The position numbers and the translations under genes were made by a program. Below are positions 10,114 to 19,382 of a stretch of DNA of 51,506 nucleotides, in pieces. Positions within the stretch are counted from its first letter, which is position 1, and the number at the start of each line of letters is the position of its first letter. The stretch is taken from the NCBI GenBank assembly GCA_964539545.1, contig CAZIJG010000006.1:1-51506 (forward strand). The letters are read 5' to 3'. The DNA is from an uncultured Gammaproteobacteria bacterium (GTDB lineage Bacteria > Patescibacteriota > Patescibacteriia > Patescibacteriales > UBA12465). The notes under the pieces were generated by a model. That model was not told the origin of the DNA. It did no database searches and was given only the letters and a program-made list of their open reading frames with translations.

Positions 10114-10443
10114 CTAATTTACTTCGCTTATATAAGCGAGTTTACTATCCGGATAAATTAAAACTTTAACTGAAATAGGGAAACGTCTTCCTGATATCTC
10201 AGACTCATTTACTCTTGCTTTCACCAACGTGTCTTTACCATCCAATTTAACTATTACAATAATCTCATTATCAAGTCGGTAGGCGAATACTTTTCTTTCT
10301 ACTATCATTAAACTATCATCTGGAAATATCCTTAAAATATTACCTGTGTATACCTTACTGTCGTCTAGATAATAAAGAAGTATTATAATCCCAAAAACGA
10401 TAGCCAGAAAACCTCTGCTAATAATCTTAAAGAATAATTCCAT
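10114..10443 (-). CDS. Hypothetical membrane-anchored small protein
   Basis: 109 aa with N-terminal TM and beta-rich C-terminus; has its own promoter. Confidence 0.7.
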   Translation of the reverse strand: MELFFKIISRGFLAIVFGIIILLYYLDDSKVYTGNILRIFPDDSLMIVERKVFAYRLDNEIIVIVKLDGKDTLVKARVNESEISGRRFPISVKVLIYPDSKLAYISEVN

Positions 10444-10468
10444 GACAAGTATATTTTTGAAATTAGTA

Positions 10469-10515
10469 TTAAATGAACATTAAATAATCATACTATAAAT
10501 TACTATAGACGTCAA
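10469..10515 (-). promoter_or_regulatory. Sigma70 promoter plus TGTTCATTTAA motif
   Basis: TTGACG-17-TATGAT-7 nt-TGTTCATTTAA. Confidence 0.7.
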
Positions 10516-10551
10516 CCAATTCATTTTTGATATTAATTTAATTTTATATAC

Positions 10552-10582
10552 AAAAAGAGCGACTAATCAGCCGCTCTCTTTA
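10552..10582 (-). terminator. Terminator of rplJ-rplL
   Basis: AGAGCG...CGCTCT stem with a U-tract on the minus strand. Confidence 0.7.
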
Positions 10583-10606
10583 TTTAAACAAACTGTGTAA
10601 ACAAAT

Positions 10607-11065
10607 TTATTTTAGAGTTACTTTACCACCAGCTTCCTCTAGCTGTTTCTTCATTTCTTCAGCTTCTTCTTTCTTAACATTTTCCTTAACAACCTTAGGA
10701 GCTCCGTCTACTAAATCTTTAGCATCCTTTAGGCCCATTTCAGTAAGAGCTCTAACTGCTTTAATAACAGCGATCTTACTAGCACCACCGTCTGTAAGCT
10801 CAACGTCAAAACTATCTTTTTCTTCAACTACAGCACCTTCAACAGCGCCTCCACCAGCCATCATCATTGCTGGAGCAGCAGCAGAAACACCAAATTTCTC
10901 TTCTAAGATTTTAACTAGTTCAGCTAAATCTAAAACACTCATTTGTTCGATTTCAGCTACTAATTTTTCAAACTTGGCTGGAACTACAATTGTTTTAGTT
11001 TCTTCCTTGGTTTCTTCAACAACAGCTTCCGCTGGTTTTTGTTCGTCTTTTTTTTCTTCAGACAT
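10607..11065 (-). CDS. rplL: 50S ribosomal protein L7/L12
   Basis: [20 protein letters not shown] and [13 protein letters not shown]; acidic N-terminal extension. Confidence 0.98.
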   Translation of the reverse strand: MSEEKKDEQKPAEAVVEETKEETKTIVVPAKFEKLVAEIEQMSVLDLAELVKILEEKFGVSAAAPAMMMAGGGAVEGAVVEEKDSFDVELTDGGASKIAVIKAVRALTEMGLKDAKDLVDGAPKVVKENVKKEEAEEMKKQLEEAGGKVTLK

Positions 11066-11096
11066 AAATTTAAATAATTATATACTTATTTATTAA

Positions 11097-11624
11097 TTAA
11101 CTTTTTGCTTCTTTCACAGCGTTTAAAGCGTAAACGAATTTGCGTAAATTGCCAGCGAGAACATTAACGAAGCCGGAGACTGGAGCATTAATAGATCCAA
11201 CCACCTTAGCATAAAGCTCTTGCTTACTAGGTAATTTAGCTAAATTAGCTACTTCACTGCCAGACAAGAATTTATTCTCTAAAATTCCGCCAACAAAATT
11301 AAGCTTGCCTTCACGGCTACTGCCAAAGTCATCTACTGCTTTTGCTGAAGCTACCTCATCATTATATGAGAAAACAGCAGCAATTTTACCTTCAAAGTCT
11401 TTAATCTTTAGTTCATCAATCTTAGTTGATTGAAAAGCTAAATCAAGTAAACTCTTCTTGGCTACATAGTATTCTCCACCTTCAGCCCTCAACTTCTGTC
11501 TCAACTCTTCGTTTTCAGACACAGTTAAAGTATCAAAGTTAGTGAACACAACTGACTTAGAGCGGCTAATTTTGTCCTCGATAATCTTTAAGATTTCTTG
11601 TTTTTGTTGTTTAGTTTTAGCCAT
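11097..11624 (-). CDS. rplJ: 50S ribosomal protein L10
   Basis: LAKLPSKQEL motif, upstream of rplL. Start moved to MAKTKQQK. Confidence 0.97.
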   Translation of the reverse strand: MAKTKQQKQEILKIIEDKISRSKSVVFTNFDTLTVSENEELRQKLRAEGGEYYVAKKSLLDLAFQSTKIDELKIKDFEGKIAAVFSYNDEVASAKAVDDFGSSREGKLNFVGGILENKFLSGSEVANLAKLPSKQELYAKVVGSINAPVSGFVNVLAGNLRKFVYALNAVKEAKS

Positions 11625-11642
11625 AAATAAAAAACTGTGTTT

Positions 11643-11721
11643 TACCACAGCATAATTAAAGAAAACTCAATGAATTCTCTTACCTCGGCAAGTCTGATAA
11701 ATATGCTTGCTGTCTGTGGTA
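11643..11721 (-). ncRNA. L10 leader (autoregulatory RNA)
   Basis: Minus strand has AGACAGCAAG...CTTGCCGAGG kink-turn-like core and closing stem TACCACAG/CTGTGGTA directly upstream of rplJ. Confidence 0.85.
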
Positions 11722-11799
11722 GAACCTTAATATTTAGTTATTAGTATATTAACACATATTGAGATGATGTCAAGATGAGACATTAATAATTAGATAAAA

Positions 11800-11828
11800 T
11801 AAAAGCCACATCTTATAGCGTGGCTTTA
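11800..11828 (-). terminator. Terminator of the RidA gene
   Basis: AAAGCCAC...GTGGCTTT inverted repeat. Confidence 0.75.
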
Positions 11829-11855
11829 AATACTTTTAACTTTGTTAAAATCTAA

Positions 11856-12266
11856 TTAATCTTGCTTCACAGCATCAAACTCAATTTCAACTTGTACATC
11901 AAACGGCAATTCATACACTGAAAAACATTTCCTCCTGGGCATTATTTCTACACCCTCAAAAGCTTCGGCATACGCTTTATTAATTTCTGGATAAGCTCCT
12001 TCTAAGCCATCGCTTGTCAGAATAGTAACACTATACACATCCTTGAAAGATAACCCGCATTTTTTCAGTAACTTCTTCATCCTTGCCATCACCTGTAATG
12101 TTTGATCAAAGATGTCATCAGTTACGGTTTTATTATCTTTATCCAAATCTGGCAATGTACCAGAAAAGTGAAAATGGTTGCCTATTTGTACAACAGGCGA
12201 AAATGGTAATTTGTTCTCAGGGTCAAAAGACACTTTAAACGCTTCTGGAATCTGTTTTTTCGGCAT
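11856..12266 (-). CDS. RidA/YjgF family protein
   Basis: PFSPVVQ, FSGTLP, INKAYAEAF, PRR and VEIE motifs. Confidence 0.88.
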   Translation of the reverse strand: MPKKQIPEAFKVSFDPENKLPFSPVVQIGNHFHFSGTLPDLDKDNKTVTDDIFDQTLQVMARMKKLLKKCGLSFKDVYSVTILTSDGLEGAYPEINKAYAEAFEGVEIMPRRKCFSVYELPFDVQVEIEFDAVKQD

Positions 12267-12290
12267 CGCTTAGGTTTTAAAAATTAAAAT

Positions 12291-12338
12291 AAAAATGAAC
12301 AATTAAAAAAGTATACTATCTTAGTATACTATTGTCAA
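12291..12338 (-). promoter_or_regulatory. Sigma70 promoter with palindromic operator and TGTTCATTT motif
   Basis: TTGACA-17-TATACT-8 nt-TGTTCATTT; AGTATACTA-tct-TAGTATACT palindrome; 30/34 identical to 1312-1345. Confidence 0.78.
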
Positions 12339-12346
12339 TATTTATA

Positions 12347-13102
12347 TTATTTTTTTTCTTCCTGCCCCCTGGACTTAAAATATGTACAATAATCACAATC
12401 TGGATTAGCGGCCGGGATCTCATCTTGGTTCAAACAGGCGTGAGCTTGGGTAATAGCATCTTCTACCCAGCTATCATTTCCAGTATACGGCAATATTTTC
12501 ACATCAAACTCTAATTTACCATCAAAAGTCTCAATATCAGTCTTGCCGTTACAATAGACAAAATAACCTACATCAGATACTTTAAAACCATTTTGACGCA
12601 TTAACCATTGATAGATCTCCATTTGACGTTTATATCCTATTTGCCAGTCAGCATTCAGGTTTACTTCTCCGTTCTTACTAGTAGCCTTATAATCCACCAC
12701 ATACACATCTCCCTGTCCATTGGTCCAAAGATCATCTACAGCTCCGAAGATTTCTAGATTGGTTGGTTCGTGTAAAAATCTAACTCCAGTAAAATTATGG
12801 CGCCATTTATCCATATTCTCATGTTGAAATGGCACTAAATCTAAGCCGTAAGCCTTCATTAGCGGATGAGGATTTTGCAAAATACGATATTTATCAAATT
12901 CTTTCTTTAATAAAGTATCTACAGCCGAATTAAGATTAAAAGGAAAACCTGGCGGTTGTCCCACTCCTAAACGTCTATCTATATAGAAACAACGAGGGCA
13001 ATTCAAAAACAATTCCAACTTAGATCGACTTAAAGCAAAAGATTCCGGGGAAGCTGGGTTATATAGATTACGGGTCCTTTTTCCTTTATAGTATTGACTC
13101 AT
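12347..13102 (-). CDS. PD-(D/E)XK nuclease (Cas4/AddB-like, solo)
   Basis: LSRSKL...CPRCFY, GAVDD, VVDYK, QMEIY and C-terminal CDYC. Confidence 0.88.
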   Translation of the reverse strand: MSQYYKGKRTRNLYNPASPESFALSRSKLELFLNCPRCFYIDRRLGVGQPPGFPFNLNSAVDTLLKKEFDKYRILQNPHPLMKAYGLDLVPFQHENMDKWRHNFTGVRFLHEPTNLEIFGAVDDLWTNGQGDVYVVDYKATSKNGEVNLNADWQIGYKRQMEIYQWLMRQNGFKVSDVGYFVYCNGKTDIETFDGKLEFDVKILPYTGNDSWVEDAITQAHACLNQDEIPAANPDCDYCTYFKSRGQEEKK

Positions 13103-13140
13103 GCCTTTATTATATCAAATAATTGTTATATTATGAAAGT
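13103..13140. promoter_or_regulatory. Back-to-back extended -10 promoters (leaderless or near-leaderless)
   Basis: Minus: TGaTATAAT-6 nt-ATG. Plus: TGtTATATT-8 nt-ATG. Confidence 0.65.
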
Positions 13141-13779
13141 ATGATGGATTTTATTAAAGAAAAAGAATTGCTAAATAAAGGATTTAAATTAATTGCCGGC
13201 ATAGATGAAGCTGGTCGAGGTCCTTTGGCTGGACCGGTGGTAGCCGCTTGCGTAGTCTTTGATCCTGAATTAATTAATAATCCAGAAGGTTTGAAAATAC
13301 TAGAAATGGTTAAAGACTCCAAAAAGATGACTGCCAAACGTCGAGAGGCTGCTTTCCCAATTATTAAAAAGCACGCTTTAGCCGTGGGCATTGGTACTTG
13401 TTCTCATGGTGTAATTGATCAAATAAACATCCTGCAGGCCTCCCTGCTAGCCTGTAAGAAGGCTGTGGAACAATTAGCTCATCAACCTGACTACATCCTA
13501 ATTGATGGTAAATTTTCTATTCCTAAATTTAATATCCGCCAGGAAGCAATAATTGGCGGGGATGATAAAATTTTAAGCATTGCCGCTGCATCAATTATTG
13601 CTAAAGTTACCAGAGACTATTTAATGGCCCAGGCCAATATAGATTACCCTGGCTATGGCTTCGGACAACATAAAGGTTACAGCACTAAATTGCACACAGA
13701 TAAAATAAAAGAGCTTGGCCCCTGTCCTATACACAGAATGAGCTTTGCCCCTTTAAAAAACAAAAAAAATAAATGTTAA
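13141..13779 (+). CDS. rnhB: Ribonuclease HII
   Basis: GIDEAGRGPLAGPV, DSKK, IAAASIIAKVTRD, HKGY and HRMSF. Start moved to ATG 13141. Confidence 0.97.
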   Translation: MMDFIKEKELLNKGFKLIAGIDEAGRGPLAGPVVAACVVFDPELINNPEGLKILEMVKDSKKMTAKRREAAFPIIKKHALAVGIGTCSHGVIDQINILQASLLACKKAVEQLAHQPDYILIDGKFSIPKFNIRQEAIIGGDDKILSIAAASIIAKVTRDYLMAQANIDYPGYGFGQHKGYSTKLHTDKIKELGPCPIHRMSFAPLKNKKNKC

Positions 13780-14840
13780 CTTTTCAATTTTTTCATTAAT
13801 TTCTGATAATACTCTAGATTATTCAAACTAGCGAGTCTTTGTCCCAAAGGCTCTTTTATTTTAAATAAATGATGTAAATAGGAAAAACTACTATTTCTTA
13901 ATACTTCAAAATCACTCTGAGAATTTATTGGCAAAAAACTAGTAGTAAACTTGGCGTTATTAATATTAATGACTTTTGGTTTGGCTATAGAACGACCATT
14001 TAAAAATAATCGGCCATGCCTACCTTCTCTAGTTGGGATTACACAATCAAACATTTCCCAACCCATCCTATGGCAACGAACAATATCTTCCGGAGTACCA
14101 ATACCTAAGGCAAATTTATAATATTTATCAGGAATCATTTGAGCAGTCTCTCGTAATATTTTATCTAAAAAATTGCCATCTTCATCTACTGGTCTAGCTC
14201 CAAAGCCATAACCATCAAAACCAATTTCTAATAAAGCGTCTAAACAATGCTTTCTTAACTTCATATCTTTACCTCCCTGCACCACTCCAAAAAATATTGG
14301 TCTCTCTGTTTCTTTCATTTTTCTTTTTTTCACCTGTCTAAGATATTCATCCTTAGATCGCCTAGCCCAAGCAATCGTACGCTCCACAGACTTTTTCATA
14401 GCTACGTTTGAAATATCATAGGGCGGACAATCGTCTAGCGCCACCATCATATCTGTACCTAAATCAAATTGTATTTGTATAGACTTCTCTGGTGTTAATT
14501 CATGTCTAGAACCATCAATCGGTGATTTAAAAACTACTTTATTATCATATATCTTCCCCATCTTAGAATTATTATAAATTAGCGAAAAGACTTGAAAACC
14601 TCCACTATCTGATAATAGATAACCTGGCCAATCCATAAATTTATGAAGACCACCGGCTTTCTTAATAACTTTTAAGCCTGGTTGCAAATATAGATGCAAA
14701 GTATTCACTACCATGGCTTTAGTGCCAGTCTTTAACACCTCTTCCTTAGTTAAACCCTTCACTAGGGCTCTCGTAGCATCTGGTAGGAAAAAAGGCGCTT
14801 GTAAGCGACCTCTTTTTCTATTTAATGATTTATATTTCAT
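13776..14840 (-). CDS. tgt: tRNA-guanine transglycosylase (Zn ligands absent)
   Basis: NTLHL, DSGGFQVFSL, DDC, VQGG and FDCVIPTR motifs. Confidence 0.95.
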   Translation of the reverse strand: MKYKSLNRKRGRLQAPFFLPDATRALVKGLTKEEVLKTGTKAMVVNTLHLYLQPGLKVIKKAGGLHKFMDWPGYLLSDSGGFQVFSLIYNNSKMGKIYDNKVVFKSPIDGSRHELTPEKSIQIQFDLGTDMMVALDDCPPYDISNVAMKKSVERTIAWARRSKDEYLRQVKKRKMKETERPIFFGVVQGGKDMKLRKHCLDALLEIGFDGYGFGARPVDEDGNFLDKILRETAQMIPDKYYKFALGIGTPEDIVRCHRMGWEMFDCVIPTREGRHGRLFLNGRSIAKPKVININNAKFTTSFLPINSQSDFEVLRNSSFSYLHHLFKIKEPLGQRLASLNNLEYYQKLMKKLKS

Positions 14841-14843
14841 AAT

Positions 14844-16808
14844 TTAAGGTTTCACAATACCATTACTACTTAAATTGGCCACATCATCTTCCTCTAGCTT
14901 CGTAGTAGTAGCTGATGACTTCTTAATAATTTGATCTCTAGTTTGAACATCAGTAGCCTTAATTTCAGCTCCCGAGGAAACAACTAATATTTTATTAGCA
15001 TCTCCAACTTCTGGAGTAATAGTTAAATTAAACTCAGCCAAAACCTCATGCACAGTAACTGGCAAATTATTAATTGTCCAGAGCAAACTATGACTAGAAG
15101 CGCTGTATGATAGATTACCTTGAGTTACCTGAACTTGACCACCCCAATCCATATATTCTGGTAAAGGCATAGAAATTAATAAATCCTCTAAATCATGTAA
15201 ATTATTAGTAATTAACCAAGAAGCTCTAAATTGAGTAGTTTCACCAACTTCCGGAGGCAAGGGACCGCTGCCAACTGGAATGTTCTCTTCCGTAAAGTAT
15301 CTAATTTGTTCGTCTAGATTTAAATCACTATTCAGCTGATTCACTACGGTATTGCTACGATTATCTGATTTATCTTCAAATTCTTCACTATTTTCCATAT
15401 TGAATTGAGCATAGGAGGAAATTTCCATATTTTTACCTAAATCTAATTCATTAAACTCTTTTATTGGTAAAGAAATAACGATACTTCCCTGGCTATCTGG
15501 CTTAATTTCGGCTAGGGCTAGTATCTGCTCCTTAGTCCAAACAATACTATTATTACTATGCACACCGTTCACTGGGTCTATTAACGCAGACCAATCTATA
15601 AAAGGACTATCTATTACCATCATTACCGTCACATCTTCCATAGAAATTTCACCTTTATTATTATATAACAAAGAATAATTTAATGTGTCGCCAAAATTTA
15701 CTGGACCGCCTTTCTTAGATTCATTAATGGCTAAAGTTAAATTTAAATCAGATTTCATAATCTCTAACTCAATTGGCATAGTAAGAAAAACTAAACGCTC
15801 ACCATCTACTAATTGAGAAAAATCTAAATTAATAATTTGTTTATCGGTAACTTTATCGTTAACTTTATATTTAAATTTTAATTCTCTAGCCTCATCTCTA
15901 CCTACTAAACCGCTGACATGCCAAGTATTTCTTTCTTTGGCTACAACTACTAAAGAAGAGGTGGCATTATCTGTTTCTACCGGAGCTAAAAGTTCAATAT
16001 TATCATCTAAATCAAAAACTAAATCAAAACTATTCACAAAATTACTATCTTGATCTTGAAACATTAAAGTCATTTCTTGTTCTTCACCAACTAGAGCAGT
16101 TCCTAGATAGTCAGCCCTCAAATCAAAACCAATATTTTTTATAATCACTGTAGAATTATCCTCTGATCTAAATTGGCTAGAAAAATTGCTTGGAATATAG
16201 GAGACTTTAGCGACTAGAGTATTAGGCAAACCTGCTTTATTTATAATTTTACCTTTAATAGTTATTTTACCACTAGATTCTTGTTCTAAATCTGGCAAAC
16301 TCCAGGCAGATTGTCCTCGAGTTGGAATAATTGAACTATCTAAGAAAATAAAGTTTTCTGGGTAAACCATTTCTAACTCAATTTCTCCTAAGCTAACATC
16401 TCCTGGGTTTTTATAATTAACTGTAAATAAGAATTCTTCACCCGTAGAAACAGTATCTGGACTAATAATTTCTAATTCCAAAGTCATAGACTGAGAACTA
16501 GGACTAGAAACATAATAAACAGCAACATATCCAGCAACCGCCAATATACCTAAAATCACAATGATTTTAAACAGCTTACGCCAAAAACCTTTTTTCTTTT
16601 TAATTTTTAACTTACTCACATCAATTAAATTTCCTTTCTTATCTTTATATATAGCAGACAAATTTTCCTCTATCTCATCTTCTCTGTGCTGGCTTTTCAC
16701 AGAAGCCTCAAAACCCCTAACCTCTTCATCAGTGGCTAATGGTCGTTTCACGAATTCCGATAAACCAGAATTCTTCTTATTTTTGACGTGAATAGTTTTT
16801 TTAGTCAT
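14844..16808 (-). CDS. Membrane-anchored protein with Ig-like/DUF11-like repeats
   Basis: Single TM near residue 80-100 followed by beta-rich repeats (YKNPG, YNNKG) and GSGPLPPEVG. Confidence 0.7.
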   Translation of the reverse strand: MTKKTIHVKNKKNSGLSEFVKRPLATDEEVRGFEASVKSQHREDEIEENLSAIYKDKKGNLIDVSKLKIKKKKGFWRKLFKIIVILGILAVAGYVAVYYVSSPSSQSMTLELEIISPDTVSTGEEFLFTVNYKNPGDVSLGEIELEMVYPENFIFLDSSIIPTRGQSAWSLPDLEQESSGKITIKGKIINKAGLPNTLVAKVSYIPSNFSSQFRSEDNSTVIIKNIGFDLRADYLGTALVGEEQEMTLMFQDQDSNFVNSFDLVFDLDDNIELLAPVETDNATSSLVVVAKERNTWHVSGLVGRDEARELKFKYKVNDKVTDKQIINLDFSQLVDGERLVFLTMPIELEIMKSDLNLTLAINESKKGGPVNFGDTLNYSLLYNNKGEISMEDVTVMMVIDSPFIDWSALIDPVNGVHSNNSIVWTKEQILALAEIKPDSQGSIVISLPIKEFNELDLGKNMEISSYAQFNMENSEEFEDKSDNRSNTVVNQLNSDLNLDEQIRYFTEENIPVGSGPLPPEVGETTQFRASWLITNNLHDLEDLLISMPLPEYMDWGGQVQVTQGNLSYSASSHSLLWTINNLPVTVHEVLAEFNLTITPEVGDANKILVVSSGAEIKATDVQTRDQIIKKSSATTTKLEEDDVANLSSNGIVKP

Positions 16809-16817
16809 ATTTTAAAA

Positions 16818-19382
16818 TTATTTTTCTATATCTCTTAACCAAAGAGCTCCAAAATATTTGTCGCTATCTAGTATTTGTGAATTCTGCCAACCTGTTTCTG
16901 AGGCTATTGAATTGTGTGGATGTCCCCAAACTAATTCGTAATTCTTTTTATCTAATTCAAATACTGAAGTAACTTGCGTAGATAAATCTCCTGGTTGCTT
17001 TTGAACCAATAAAGAATACGGTACTAAATCGTAATCTTGACCGAAAACTTTAAATTTTAGTTTATCTATCCAACTATACTCTGGCTCTAAATCATAAAGA
17101 TTAAAAGGTAATTTATATTGCAAAACTATTACCTCTACCTGACCCGGATCTAGCATGCTCCAATTAGCAAATACTGTACGACTATCCTCATCATACATCT
17201 TAGTAAGACTAGGAAAGCTAACTTGAGCATTATATTCGCTCTTTAAACTATCTAATTCTAACCAATCATTTTCTGGATAGTCAAAATAATGTTCATCTGG
17301 TTGTTCAAAACCACTGGCAGAAATCAATTCGCTGCCCAGAGGCACATAAATTCTCATCCAGTTAACATTCCTAACACCAGTAAACATTTCTCGTTTTATA
17401 CCCATGTGATATCTAGTAACAACAACTGTATCGATAATACTGCCATCCTCTTGAACTTTACTTTGATGTTCAATCTCTTGTTTAATCTTTCTATCTGTTT
17501 TCTGACCGGCAATATTAGTATTAATTACTGACAGATAATCATGTCGGCTATCCTTCATTCTACCAGCCCAGGACCTTTTCTCAGCTTGAGCCTGCATTTT
17601 CTCATCCGTAAAATATAGCAAGATATGTTTTTGAGAAAAACTTTCTTCCAGCGATGCGATCATAGATAAAAATTTCTGTTGATCTAATCTGACTGGTAAT
17701 TCTACTAATAACTTATTCATCATCTCACCAATAATCTTTTTTGGCTGTCTATTTTCTACTTCCTTAACTTCTCCGTCCTCCTCTATTAAGACTGTTTTTT
17801 CTTCCACAATTGGTTGAATAGTTTCCCAAAAATTCTCCGCTGTCACAATCACGCCGTATTCTTCAGTTAAATCTACTGGCCCTAAAATTTCTAACAATGC
17901 TTCTAGAACTGTAGGAGTAAAACTAATTACACCATCCACTGTAGAACCATCGCTCTTTTCATAAAACCACATAATATTCTTAGCTGATTTCTTCCAATCT
18001 GGCCACCAATTAGAATCCCAGAAGTGCCACAGAGGATCTACTAACCACAAAGGCTTAGGCGCCTTTACCAAGGTTGTTAATCCGGCCTCAGTGTCATAGG
18101 TGCCTCCCTCGGGTACTTCTAGATTCTTGACCTGACCGTTTTTGATATCTAACACTGCAAAACTACCCATAAAACCTCCGCTAGCTCTCATCTCGGTATT
18201 ATTTTGAAAAATTAATAGATAACGTTTATCTGTCTTGGTTCCCAAGAATGGCTCTAACCCTTTGACCAGATCTATGAACTCAGATAATCCTTGTCCTAAT
18301 ATAAGGCTAGTTTGTTGTAATTCAAAAAATTTATCTTGATATTCTTCTGGTAATACTTGGCTATCTATCCTAGATAATTCCCTATTCAAACTTCCAGCTG
18401 CTTTAACAGCTAAACCTCCATGATTTAAAAATTCTTCCACAGCTAGAGACAGACCATTATCTTCTGATTTAAAAATAGCATCCAAAGCTAAACCTAATTC
18501 CTCCCCCAAAGTAGCAGCGTGTACACCAGCTGATAGAAACTTTTCCCCCTGGGAAGCTACCTTAACTTTTGGATTATCTGATAACTTAGCTAAAGATAAA
18601 ATAAATGAATCCACTTTCTCTACTTCTTCCTGAGCAGCCATAAAGTCCTGTCCAGCCTTGGCAAAATAGCCACTGGCTTCAGCCAATTCCAAACCTTTAG
18701 CTTTTTCTGAAGCAAAAATTAGATTTTCTAAAGCAGAATTCGAATGATTCTTAATTTTAGCTTCCAACGAAGGTAGATTAAATAAATTATAATAACTTAA
18801 AGCTTTAAAAGATAAAGCTAAAATGAATAATGCCAGAACAAAGCCTAGCCAGGCTCGCCAGGATATTGGCTGTTTTTTATGCCGAACAACCGGAGCTTTT
18901 TTAAAAGGATTCTTTAAATCTTGGTCCGGCCAATAAGAAACAATTGTTAGTTTTTTACTAGCCTTACTTTTAAAAGTAAACCATTTTTTCTTAATAATTT
19001 TTTTGAAAATTGAAGAAAAAAACTTAAATGATTTTGTAGGCTTCTTTTTACCAGTAACAACCAGAACCACATCCAATGCTCCTTTAACCATTGATAATAC
19101 TAACCAAAGAAAAAGATTAAAAGCTCTAAAAACAAACAAAAGACCTGGCCAAATAAATAATTCTTTCAAACTTTTAAAATTAAATTCAAATTTAGGTTGA
19201 AAATCTTTTAGTTTTGTTTGTCGGGATTTTTTCTTTGTAGTCTTTTCTAAAACCTGTTGTCTAGCCTGGGTTTCAATCTTTTCTTGTTTAGATTTCTTTA
19301 AATCCACAACAAAATCTGAAGCAAATTCGCTCTGATTACCAAATATTACATCTAGTTTATGTTTTCTTTTCCTCTTAGGCAT
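16818..19382 (-). CDS. DUF4012-like membrane-anchored protein (second paralog)
   Basis: FQNNTEMRASGGFMGSF, DSNWWPDW, NTNIAGQKTD and QKQPG motifs. Confidence 0.85.
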   Translation of the reverse strand: MPKRKRKHKLDVIFGNQSEFASDFVVDLKKSKQEKIETQARQQVLEKTTKKKSRQTKLKDFQPKFEFNFKSLKELFIWPGLLFVFRAFNLFLWLVLSMVKGALDVVLVVTGKKKPTKSFKFFSSIFKKIIKKKWFTFKSKASKKLTIVSYWPDQDLKNPFKKAPVVRHKKQPISWRAWLGFVLALFILALSFKALSYYNLFNLPSLEAKIKNHSNSALENLIFASEKAKGLELAEASGYFAKAGQDFMAAQEEVEKVDSFILSLAKLSDNPKVKVASQGEKFLSAGVHAATLGEELGLALDAIFKSEDNGLSLAVEEFLNHGGLAVKAAGSLNRELSRIDSQVLPEEYQDKFFELQQTSLILGQGLSEFIDLVKGLEPFLGTKTDKRYLLIFQNNTEMRASGGFMGSFAVLDIKNGQVKNLEVPEGGTYDTEAGLTTLVKAPKPLWLVDPLWHFWDSNWWPDWKKSAKNIMWFYEKSDGSTVDGVISFTPTVLEALLEILGPVDLTEEYGVIVTAENFWETIQPIVEEKTVLIEEDGEVKEVENRQPKKIIGEMMNKLLVELPVRLDQQKFLSMIASLEESFSQKHILLYFTDEKMQAQAEKRSWAGRMKDSRHDYLSVINTNIAGQKTDRKIKQEIEHQSKVQEDGSIIDTVVVTRYHMGIKREMFTGVRNVNWMRIYVPLGSELISASGFEQPDEHYFDYPENDWLELDSLKSEYNAQVSFPSLTKMYDEDSRTVFANWSMLDPGQVEVIVLQYKLPFNLYDLEPEYSWIDKLKFKVFGQDYDLVPYSLLVQKQPGDLSTQVTSVFELDKKNYELVWGHPHNSIASETGWQNSQILDSDKYFGALWLRDIEK

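Noticed and set aside
12347-13102. Cas4 as evidence of a CRISPR system
   Set aside because: No array or other cas genes in the window.
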